Assembly (NCBI GenBank): GCA_964016885.1
Contig: CAXHJY010001637.1
Span: 7,195-71,194, forward strand
Direction of reading: 5' to 3'
Source of the DNA: Eledone cirrhosa
Taxonomy: Eukaryota
Length of the DNA stretch: 64,000 nucleotides
Below the pieces are notes generated by a model. That model worked only from the letters and a program-made list of their open reading frames with translations, was not told the origin of the DNA and ran no database searches. The translations under genes were made by a program, and so were the position numbers. Shown piece after piece: positions 46,338 through 59,561 of the stretch (positions are counted from its first letter, which is position 1; each line of letters starts with the position of its first letter).

Positions 46338-46689
46338 TTGAATTAGTATGGTATAGACAAGTATATATGTTGTTTAGGTGTATGATATTGTCAATACTCT
46401 GATATGCCCAGTTCCTTGCTGGGTTGTTAATTCACTGGGGAACTGGAGTCATATGAATTCAAACAAACGAACTTTCGTGTCACAGGTCCCCTTCTCCTCT
46501 CATTGGTCAGTTATTAGTGTTGTCATTGTTGGAGTTAGCTTAAAAATTGATAAAATGGTAGAAGGACAAGGTGTTGAAGGAACAAAATATCAAAAAATGT
46601 GTCAAACTTCCCATTGTTCAGTTCTGAGAGCATTCCTCAGTCAGAAGTCTATAGAATTCTTTTTGGGGTGAGGCTCCCTGTAGTGTTTA

Positions 46690-46740
46690 TGCCTGAAGAG
46701 GTCACAGCCAAAGATGGCTGTCACTGAAATATATATAGCA
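46690..46740 (+). ncRNA. hammerhead ribozyme (family F), stem I clipped by the inversion junction
   Basis: TGC-CTGAAGA-GGTCACAGCCA(aaga)TGGCTGTCACT-GAAA-TATATA-TA-GCA. Confidence 0.72.
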
Positions 46741-46900
46741 GTAATAAACGAAGCTAAATTTTAATCATTTGACTTTATTTAACTTTATTTTACACTACTC
46801 CGGAGTAACCAAACCAACCTGCGCACTTCGTTGAGTGCTCCAGCCTGCATACTGATGGTGTTGGTATACAACCAACATAAACTCAAATCTAATATATTAT

Positions 46901-46953
<53 letters not shown>

Positions 46954-47188
46954 TATATATATACGGATTAACAAATAATAGTTAATGCAGTCCACTTAGG
47001 TGAAATCCAGTTATGGTATTCCAGGTAGTGGATGATATTAACGCTTGGCTTGGTTTGACTCAACAAGGCGTTTTCATAGTGATGCTGCGGTATGCTGTAA
47101 TTCCCTATGTTGTAAACACTTGGAGTAATAATAAATCAGGAAAGAAGGTTTACATGGTTTGCTATACAAAAAAAGTTTTTTAATCACA

Positions 47189-47297
47189 TAGCTTACATTT
47201 GTTTCACTGAGCTGTATGTCTAGAGATCGCTATCCGCCTAATTTTGCGTCACTCGATCGCCAATACAGAATTATAACCAGTCAGATCTTCGGAGCAT
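47189..47297 (-). ncRNA. hammerhead ribozyme with ~80-nt extended stem II, U4C variant (family H)
   Basis: GCU-CCGAAGA-UCUGA..CUGUAU..GAUCG..CGAUC..AUACAG..UCAGU-GAAA-CAAAUG-UA-AGC. Confidence 0.62.
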
Positions 47298-47617
47298 GCG
47301 AGAATGAAGAAAATACACAGGCAAGAAAATAAAAGAAAATATGGAGTAGTTATGGCATTCAATTAGTACAATAACAACAACAATTATTACAACAATGCTA
47401 TCAATAAACTATTTAAGGAGACCCTGACATTACTTAGGTGGGGGGTATATAATGTATCTAATGTTACGGCGTGAAAACCAGCTGTCATAAGGCAAAAAGT
47501 ATCGTAGTGTGTATCAATTTTAATTATAAAGATAAGCTAGTTTTTACAGTCTTTTATATATATATAAAATATGAGAAGAAAGAAGAAAGAAGAAAGAAAT
47601 ACATATATATATATATA

Positions 47618-47715
47618 CAAGGTGTCCCAAAAATGTATACAGACTTTGATTACCTGTCAGGCAATATTTATTAGAATGCTGTTGATGTGTGTATACATTT
47701 TTTTGAGACACCTTG
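47618..47715. mobile_element. Tc1/mariner-type MITE
   Basis: TIRs CAAGGTGTCCCAAAAATGTATACA / TGTATACATTTTTTTGAGACACCTTG, TA on the left flank. Confidence 0.7.
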
Positions 47716-47727
47716 TCTATGGAGAGA

Positions 47728-47820
<93 letters not shown>

Positions 47821-47821
47821 T

Positions 47822-47868
<47 letters not shown>

Positions 47869-48224
47869 CAGACAGTCATGAATCCTAGCAATATGTATGA
47901 TAGTTCATTACTGCACAAGGACTTCACAAGTAGTTGGGGCTAGGACTTCATATTTATGAGAATTAAACCAAAGATAGGGACATGATTGCTAGATTGGTCT
48001 ACAAGAAGATTACGGTACTTTGTAGCAATCTCAAGGTGCCGCAACTCGCCACTTTTTGAAAATACCTTATACAGACCTGCCAACTATAAAAAACCCAAAC
48101 AGGAGCACCATGAAAAGAAGTTCCACAAAGTGGGGAAAAAATGAGGCAAAATGGCAGATTTTACATAACGAAAGCTATACCCATTTTCACAAGAGAAGAC
48201 ATCTCTCACCCAAGACATCTCTCA

Positions 48225-48328
48225 GGCAAAGTTAACCTCGGCGGATTTGAACTCAGATCATAAAGGGGCTTAACCCTATGCTGGAAAGCATGGCGTCGAC
48301 CCTCTACCAATACTGCCAATCCACCATC
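48225..48328 (-). mobile_element. 5' half of family S1 SINE
   Basis: Matches 30822-30925. Confidence 0.8.
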
Positions 48329-49763
48329 CACAACAACTAAACAATGATATCATATTTGTTTTTTAGATAAATCATACGAGAAAAAGACAAACAACTATTT
48401 TTTATTCCCAAATACAATAAATTATAACTGATATGAATACATTATACAGGTTATTGATTCCAATATTATATAAACTGATATCAATATAACATAAATAACG
48501 ACCTTGAATTAGAAATAACACTTAAAAGATATTATTACCTTTAAATATAAACTATTGAATGATTCATAAAACAATATTGCAACATGCCACAAACTATTGA
48601 TTTAGCTACATAAATGAAAAGAAATGTTGATGTAATTAACAGTAAAAGTAACATTTATGGTCAACTTGCTTTATTAGGTAAAGATTTCAGAGCAGGTTTT
48701 TTTTTTTACAAATCATGTTGAGCAAAATCATAAAAATCTGATGATATAAAATTAGGAAACTGCGAATAAAATGTATCATAGTTTAAAACAGCTTTCTGTT
48801 ACATAGAGGCGGGCTCAGTAGCAACATTGTTAGAACATCGGACAGAATGACCTAAGGTATTTGTTCTTGCTCTCAGTGCTCGAGTTTATATCGTGGCAAC
48901 GTCAACTTTCATTCCTCCTTCTCTAGAGGAAATCATCTGTATTCATACCTGGAGAAGGGTGAGCCCTGCAAGTTCCCAAGACACGCTGTATGTCAAAGTG
49001 ACGCCTATATAACTTCACTAGGTGTTACCAGTCCAAATACATAGTTCTGTCTTTCTTTCTTTCTTTCTTTCTTGTCCATAAAAAATAGTACCAGTACTGG
49101 ATCGATTCTTTCTCTAATCTCTTTTTTCTCTAATCTCTTTTTTATTTCTGCTAAATCACTCTTTCCTTCTCTGGAACAAATAGGTTATGTTTAGGCCCGA
49201 AGAGTAGATGGGCTCCACCAGGTTTAAACAGTGCCCCAGAAACACCGTATGTCACTACGGCACATCTACAATTCAACCGGGTATTACAGGTACATACCTA
49301 CATATATTTCTGTTTCTTGCACTTTAGAAGAATTACAATGGAATGAAAACTGGAAACATCTTGAGTTTATCCGACTCTAGGAATCTCTGTTTTAATGAGT
49401 TCTTCAGAAAAAAACACTCCACTCAATGAGGACTCATTGTGCATATGGCCAAAATGTATCCGCATTATCTGAGCTTGCAATGAGGTGTTTGTTTGTTTCA
49501 ATAGTAAAAGTTACCTGGGATATTCTTTGTTCCATCCAGAAACATACCCTTTTATCACTTACACTCGCGTCTCGAATAATCACCACGCCCACTTATTAAC
49601 TTTTTCAGATCCCTCCCCCACCGCCTATTAAGTTTTGCTAATCTATCTTCGGCAAATTTTTATTTTAAGTGGTAGCATTCCTGCGATAATTGATTTTCTG
49701 TAGACATTAAAAAAGCATACAGGCTCCAGAATAGAGCCGCTTTTTCTCTCCGATACTATAAGC

Positions 49764-50089
49764 ATGTGGTTAGAATGTCTCAGGAAAGAATTGGTGAACA
49801 GATTTTACGGGCATAACCAACCGGCAGGAGACTCAGGGGTAGACGCCAAGCAGGATGGTTGGATAACATACATGAGCTCGTCTAGACTCGCTTGGGGATC
49901 CAGCCGGATCAGTTGGAAGCGGTTGTTTCTGAGAGGATCCGCTCGAAGGAGTGTTTGAGGATTCTGTCCCCCACGACTCTGCCAGGAAGAAGAAGAAGAA
50001 GAAGAAGAAGAAGAAGAAGAAGAAGAAGAAGAAGAAGAAGAAGAAGAAGAAGAAGAAGAAGAAGAAGAAGAAGAAGAAGAAGAAGAAGA
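49764..50089 (+). mobile_element. 3' end of an RTE (Expander-like) LINE with (GAA)n tail
   Basis: PTGRRLRGRRQAGWLDNIHELV*TRLGIQPDQLEAVVSER followed directly by ~100 bp of (AGA)n. Confidence 0.7.
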
Positions 50090-50384
50090 TAGCCATTCTT
50101 TCCTATTTTGTCCTAGGAATATACCGTAAACAAGCTTATCAGGTGAAGTCTTTGATCAATGACTTGTAGTTTATATCATACGTGACGGTAATTATGGAAC
50201 TATCATATGTTGATGTAAGTAATACACTAAGTAGACGTCTAATTTCTCATGATGTCTTCTAGAATCGTTTATTTCCATCATTTAATCATCCCACCAATTA
50301 TAAATCATTTACGGACAACACTCACACGCACACACATACACACAGACAAATATATATATATACATATATATATGTATATATATA

Positions 50385-50447
<63 letters not shown>

Positions 50448-50521
50448 CATATGTATATATATATAATATATATATATACATATATATGTATGTATGTATA
50501 TATATATTATATATGTATATG

Positions 50522-50570
<49 letters not shown>

Positions 50571-50602
50571 TATATATATATATATATATACACACACACA
50601 TG

Positions 50603-50671
<69 letters not shown>

Positions 50672-50697
50672 ATTATATATATATATACACACACATG

Positions 50698-50755
<58 letters not shown>

Positions 50756-50923
50756 AATGCTAAGCATTTAACCTAATGTTTCGATTATTTCAGGCAAAGA
50801 CAGCAAAAACTATCGATGGATATATCGGATGGAAGAATGGCGAAATGGAAGAGGATAAAGGGAAGGTGAAGGGGGAAAGAGAGAAAGGAGAGAAAAATAT
50901 ACACACACACATATATATATATA

Positions 50924-51107
<184 letters not shown>

Positions 51108-51111
51108 TATA

Positions 51112-51917
<806 letters not shown>

Positions 51918-51968
51918 ATATATAATATATATATATGTATATATATATATATATGTATATATATATAC

Positions 51969-52081
<113 letters not shown>

Positions 52082-52159
52082 ATATATATATAAAAGTAGC
52101 GAAACAAACGGTTATTAAACAATTTTCTAAATATTGTACCTGTTGAAGTATCCATCCAC

Positions 52160-52194
<35 letters not shown>

Positions 52195-52301
52195 TATATA
52201 TATATGATGTCAACATGAATGGACCTGTTATTTTTATCTAAAGACATTTTTTTCCAGTCACAACTCGCCTGTCCCCTCAATCTATCTTATTTCTCATTCT
52301 T

Positions 52302-52337
52302 TCTTGTGATGAAGGACTAGCGTCCGAAACGTTCAGA
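52302..52337 (+). ncRNA. degenerate hammerhead-like motif
   Basis: TCT-tGTGATGA-A-GGAC(tagc)GTCC-GAAACGTTC-AGA; C3 mutated. Confidence 0.4.
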
Positions 52338-52431
52338 CCCTCTTCCTGTTATATCAAACGTTAGCCTAATATATCCCTTCCATGTGTTATTATTTCTATT
52401 TACCTTTTACACACACACACACACACACAAG

Positions 52432-52464
<33 letters not shown>

Positions 52465-52862
52465 GTATACATATGTGTGTGTGTGTGTGTGTGTGCTTGT
52501 GTATGTGTGTGTGATTATTCATATTCCCGGGATTATTTCTTGTAATAAATGTCAAGTATAAGAATGAGGCTTGGTTATGTTTGGAGTTAATAGCGAAGTA
52601 CTAACATCCATAATGTTAGCATTTATCTACAACTCCTACCTCTAAATGTTTAATTGGCAGTAGCACTAAAATAGGTCTTGTGTGGCACTTGCGTAAATTT
52701 CAGACACTCTAATATCCAACTGTGGGGGACCATGCTGTAGAATTTCTTACAGCTCCCTCCCTACATCATGGCTAAGTTCTTGTGTCACTTTTTACAATCT
52801 TCAAGTAGATCATCGTTTTCATCCTGTCTTTTCTGGAGAATCTATGACTACATCATCTATTA

Positions 52863-52899
52863 CTAGCAGAAAACCACCCTTCGGGTGGTTTTCTGCTAG
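52863..52899. repeat. perfect 37-bp hairpin with CTAG ends
   Basis: CTAGCAGAAAACCACC-CTTCG-GGTGGTTTTCTGCTAG. Confidence 0.9.
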
Positions 52900-53941
52900 A
52901 ATGTGTAGTGTGTATATTGATATTATACGCAAGTATATAAGCATGTAGATATGATACATCAAATAAAATCGTAATTGACAATATACACAGAAATTGAAAA
53001 AGACGATATTATATATAAACTGCACGAGGAGAAAATTAGTGACGAAAATATATGAATGTTTATTTAAGCGATCGCTAACAGTGTTGATATTTGAAAATTT
53101 TATTAAGTGAATCTTTAAATAAGCAATAAAATATATTTAATCAAAAGCTACGAAATTTAGCAGATAAATTATGTAATATTCATTCGTTATTTATTCAAAG
53201 TAATCCAACTTATTTTACAAATGGGATAACACATTATATTCTGGATACAGTTCCGCATTCTTTATTATAGTTAAGATGTGTCCTTCCATTGTTTAAGACA
53301 ATGTGGTGTAATTTGAGAGGAATTTCTAGCAGATTAAGCAAATACATTGACGCAACCTGGTTGGCACGTGATGATCTCTTTGGTTCTACTGTCTTGAAGT
53401 GAACTGAAAAACTAAGAAAATTATACTAGACTACCCATTGAATTAAAAAGAATATGGAAGTTAAGTTAAATGCGAAGTGTATGTTAATGTGTTAGGTGTG
53501 TAACGACTGCGGATATTGACTTCTTTAAAAGGCTATTAAACGAAGTTATACACAAGGATATATTGTAAAGATATTTAGTGAAAGTGCATTTTTAGGGTTT
53601 CGTTTTCTACACTGAACATTGACGTCTAATTTTAATTATCGTGTAACATTGCAATATTAAGTTGTGTCGTTATTGAGAAAATCGATACGTTTCACACAAT
53701 CCAAGAAAATATTTGATTTCACAATGAGAAATATGTTAGGATAAATGTTAGAAAGTTCTTAGCAAAAAAGGAGAATGAAATAGATAGATATATACTGATT
53801 TTTAAACTAAGTACAATATCAGACATTCTCTAGGCATACATAGTCAATTTAATCAACCCAAAGCTAACTCAGAATGAAATAATGACGTGGTCATGGCACC
53901 GGGGTTAACTTTACCTTTCATCTATTCGGGGTTGATAAATA

Positions 53942-54062
53942 CCAGCTGAAGAGCCACCCCACCTCGAGAAGCTCCTTTCTCAGATGAGCTGCTGACGTTC
54001 CGATTTTGTGAGGAGCTCCGCTGCAAGGGTCCGAGGACGCCTGAGGTCTCGACGGCTACCAG
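53942..54062 (-). pseudogene. second CRE-like endonuclease relic
   Basis: LVAVETSGVLGP..AAELLTK..EVGWLF. Confidence 0.45.
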
Positions 54063-54110
54063 TATTTGCTTGTCTTCTCGTCCTCTGCATTGCAGGCCAC
54101 GGTACCGAAA

Positions 54111-54347
54111 GGCGCATGGCTTAGTGGCTAGAACATTGGGCTTGCAATCGAATGGTTGTCAGTTCAATTCTCTGACCGGGTGATGTGTTGTTTCCTTGAG
54201 CAAGACACTTTATTTCACGTTGCTCCAGTTTACTCAGCTGTAGAAATGAGATGATAGGACTGGGGTCCCTATCATTAAATTACCCAAGCCACCTCCAACG
54301 AGATATACCTTGGAGGAGGCCAGCTAAACCTGTAACAGACAGACATA
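54111..54347 (+). mobile_element. tRNA-derived SINE (family S2) between 28-bp direct repeats
   Basis: A box TGGCTTAGTGG, B box AGTTCAATTC, core TCCTTGAGCAAGACACTT; flanks CTCTGCATTGCAGGCCAYGGTACCGRAA at 54083-54110 and 54348-54375. Confidence 0.8.
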
Positions 54348-54900
54348 CTCTGCATTGCAGGCCATGGTACCGGAAATTGTGCAGCAACTAAGTTGTAGGT
54401 GGAGAACTTGTCTATAGTCAGTCAGAACCGAATCCGCTGGCATGTTTTACCTACCTTACAATTGAAACTTATCCTCAATTCTAATTACTAGATGGTTGTA
54501 ATACCGGCTGTGCAACACTCACATATTCAACGTATCGAGACAGCAATTTAGATAAATATTTTTTCCGTTAATTCATGTTTTCGGATGTATAATAACACAT
54601 GACTGAATTATGTTTACGATATTATCTAGACAGAGCGCAGCTCTATATTATTATACAATTAATATTAATCCATCATTATTATAGTTTATTGTTATTTAGT
54701 TTCTGTGTCTGTCTATGATTACATGTTGCACAGTATAACCTGTTTTTCTTTGTAAAATTCATGTGAATCATATTTCTGTAATAGTTAAAATTCTAAATGC
54801 TAAAGTTAGATTTATCGACAAAATGAAACAAAATAAAAGCTGACAGAGATGACATGAAATGACAAAAAGATTGAAACGATAGAAATTAATCGTTAAAATA

Positions 54901-55026
54901 AATAATTGTTTCTACTTTTGGCACAAGGCCAGCAATTACCCAGTACATTACTGGTACTTTATTTTATCGACCCCGTAAGGATGAAAGGCAAAGTTAACCT
55001 CAGCGGGATTTGAACTCAGACCGTAA
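54901..55026 (-). mobile_element. 5'-truncated family S1 SINE
   Basis: Matches 30736-30862. Confidence 0.85.
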
Positions 55027-55611
55027 AATAATGTTTTATAACGATAAAAAGAAATGTGTGATAGAAAGAATTTAGAAATAGTAGAGTTGGATGTATTCAT
55101 TAACATCAGAAAAACAACTAAAAATCCAAAAATTACATCTAAAACTTGAAGTAACTTCTTTGTTATTCAATAGAAAAAAGATTTGAAAGATTTTCTTTCT
55201 CGAATGAACAACTAATAACATTTTTATTAAAGGAAATGCAATATGTTTTAATGAAATTGAAAAGTCAAACCTGCTGAGAAATGAAACAGAATGGGGAATT
55301 ATATTGAGGAAGCGTTCATAAGCCACCCATTGGGGGTAGAATAAGGTTAAACAGGTCGATGATATAATTCTTATTCCTAGAGTAGAGAAGATCTCTAACG
55401 GCGGCAGATAAAGAAGCAATGTCCTTTTCAAACAACACCATAGAAGAAAATAGCACAGATGACGACACAAACAATAAAACTGAGTGAGTTCTCATCTTCC
55501 CCGAAGTCACAAAACTGTTGCAAACAAAGAAGATTTCTGGTTAATACATAAAACCTGAATTATACAAGCCCCCACCCCCACCTGCCTGAAGCAGAGACTG
55601 AATAAAAAGCA

Positions 55612-56085
55612 TATGTGATGATATGATATGGTATATGATATGAAATCATATGATGTGGCATATGATATGATGTGTGATATGATGTGATATGATATGATGT
55701 GTTATAAGATGATATGATATGGTATGATATGATGTGATATGATATGATATGATGTAATATGATATGATATGATGTGATATGATGTGATGTGATATGTGAT
55801 ATGATATGATATGATATGATATGATATGATATGATATGGTATGGTATGGTATGGTATGATATGATGTGATATGATATGTGATATGATATGATGTGATGTG
55901 ATATGATATGATATGATATGTGATATGATATGCTAGAATATGTGATATGATGTCATATGATATGATGTGATGTGATATGTGATATGATGTGATATGGTGT
56001 GATATGATATGATGTGATATGTAATATTATGTGATATGATATGATATGATGTGATGAGATATGATGTTATATGATATGGTATGAA
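55612..56085. repeat. (ATATG)n/(ATGTG)n pentanucleotide microsatellite
   Basis: Direct reading. Confidence 0.95.
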
Positions 56086-56167
56086 ATGAGTTGCGATGTC
56101 ACTGATGCTAAGATGTATCGGGTTCAATTCTAGCCCAGCAGTAGCCATTTCTATATTAAATTTGATG

Positions 56168-56220
<53 letters not shown>

Positions 56221-56239
56221 CCAATAGTGGATCTTATAT

Positions 56240-56435
56240 ATATATAGGAAAAGAGTCAGGACCCCGACGTCTGAGCTCCGGGCGTTTGAACTGCTAGTTC
56301 TGAACTAGCTGTTGAAACGGCCGGAGCTCAGCCGTCGGGGTTGTGAATCTTTTTTCTATTACCCACTCTATTACCCTAAGTATCGAGTACTCTGGAACGT
56401 TATGGTCCATCTGGTTCCTTACCACACTTCTTTCG

Positions 56436-56438
<3 letters not shown>
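56240..56438. mobile_element. diverged family C pLTR 3' end with fold-back (centre ~56299-56302)
   Basis: Reverse-complement homologue of 7484-7671. Confidence 0.7.
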
Positions 56439-56479
<41 letters not shown>

Positions 56480-56621
56480 TTAGGTTAATAGGAGTTAGGT
56501 ATTGTATACCCGTGTCCCATTAAGGTATTGGCAGCATAATAATTAGCTCTATGCTTTGGAGCAGAGGCGTATATATGAAAAAGAACACAAGAGCGTCTAC
56601 AACATCAAAAGGTTTTTATTG

Positions 56622-56666
56622 GCTTACAATGTTTCTTCCTTACGTAACTGTAGGATTCGTCAGAGC
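56622..56666 (-). ncRNA. hammerhead ribozyme (family I)
   Basis: GCU-CUGACGA-A-UCCUAC(aguuac)GUAAGGA-A-GAAA-CAUUG-UA-AGC. Confidence 0.72.
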
Positions 56667-58434
56667 TATAAAAGGGGTTTGATTGGTATTATGGACTCTA
56701 CCAACCAAACATTCAAGAACAAAGAGTAAAGAGAGTAAAGAGCAAAAGTAGGGGACGATAAGTCTAATTTTGGTGCGGGAGGGTGGGGTGTGGTTCCTTG
56801 TTTACTAGCTGCGGTCATATTCATTCCCGGGAGTCGAGTGGTTAGCTGAACCATAGATGGGGTGGCGTCGATAGTATGGTGCAGAGGGTGTGCAGAGGCT
56901 ACACAAACACAAAGGGCATACAATATATATATATATATAGCGGAGGAGAAAGTACATGAGGTAATTAGAAATGGAAAAAGAGTAATAATAATAATCTATA
57001 ATTAATAGTGTATAATAAGGCATAGGGAAGATTACACTATAATAAGGTATAAAAGTAAGAATAAGGTAAAATATAAAGGAGGATAAAAGTGGAAATAATA
57101 AAGATAAAAAAATATATATATGTAAAAAAATATATAGAGAATATATAAAGAAATATAAGCGAATATTTGGAGGGGAAAACATAATGTAAAAAACCGATTT
57201 TTTTCAAATAAAAATAATAATATAGTAATTATGGGGGGAGAAAACGGGATAGAGAAATATGATCAAATGTGATTAGTTGAGAGAATATAAGATGATAATA
57301 GTTATGTCAAGTTTATACATCTTAATAATAAATAATCTGTGTATCAGAGTTACAGAACCTTCAATTCACTTACAGGTTCAAGCCACGTGGCATAGTCCAT
57401 TGTTTATCTGTGCGGTCATGCGCGTTTGTTTTTGACACCACAGTAGATGCACAAGTTCGTAAATTCCAATGCAGATAGAAATCTATTTTTGCTCACCCGG
57501 ACATTGACGGAGGATCCAATATTCCTAGTTCAATATGTGTGTGGTGTTATTTTGGTCGCACAAATCAATCACTTGGTTCAATATTATGGAGTATGGTTTT
57601 CTGGTCTTCGTAACAGTGTCAGTGGTTGTATATCTGGAAATCACAAGGATCACAGTACTCCGGTTTGGTGTGATTATCGGTCATCCAGCTATGTTGTTGG
57701 TGGTTGGATTCAATTCTATTCGCCCGAACCTTGAACTTTGGTGTCGATAGAACATTAACGAGGCAGGGTGTGATCGCATCTGTGGTACAAAACGGTACGC
57801 AAGGAAATTCTTCGTCTTCGTTTCATCCGGGTCCAGCAGTCACGTGCAAGAACCGCTACGTAGTAATTGTGGGGTTAATCGGTCAAGTCACAACTGACCG
57901 AACATTCTCTTAGGAATTCAGACAGGCATGACAGGCACATTTAGGTCAGCAGCTTCTTTATGTGTACGTGTGTCCGACACACACAGACACACATTTATAT
58001 GTATTTCAACTAAAAAAACTCAATTGATTCACCCACTGGTACTACAATCGGTTAAGACAGCAACTGGCCGAAAATTCCCTTAGAAATTCAGACAGGCATG
58101 ACAGGTACATTTAGGTCAGCAGCTTCCTTATGTGTACGTGTGTCTGATACACACAGACACATATCCATATGTATTTCAACTCAAAAAATTCAGTTGATTC
58201 ACCTATTGATATTATATCTGTGTTGCTCAGATGTGCATGTTGTGGTGTTCTGGTCGTGCATAGCATTCACTGTGTTTTGCCATTACCTTGGAATGTGATG
58301 TTATGGTCAGCAATAGTCCGGCAAGCGCATTTCGCTCTTATATTGCGGAGAATGGTGTTCTGGTCCTCTCTTTACTCTTTTTTCTTGAATGTTTGGTTGG
58401 TAGAGTCCATAACACGAATCAAACCCCTTTTATA

Positions 58435-58479
58435 GCTCTGACGAATCCTACGGTTACGTAAGGAAGAAACATTGTAAGC
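58435..58479 (+). ncRNA. hammerhead ribozyme (family I)
   Basis: GCT-CTGACGA-A-TCCTACG(gtta)CGTAAGGA-A-GAAA-CATTG-TA-AGC. Confidence 0.75.
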
Positions 58480-58520
58480 CAATAAAAATCTTTTGATGTT
58501 GTAGACGCTCTTGTGTTCTT

Positions 58521-59533
<1,013 letters not shown>

Positions 59534-59561
59534 TATTTAAAAAAAAAATATATATATATAT

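Larger units (their letters stand above)
46237..46892. mobile_element. non-autonomous pLTR element, family F (inverted arms 46237-46335 / 46690-46788)
   Basis: Hammerhead in both arms; ~100-bp tail on the right only; (TA)n flanks. Confidence 0.78.

Noticed and set aside
49320-49520. hAT dimerisation-domain-like relic (MYP..LSELAMRCLFV)
   Set aside because: Too short and frameshifted to support as a feature
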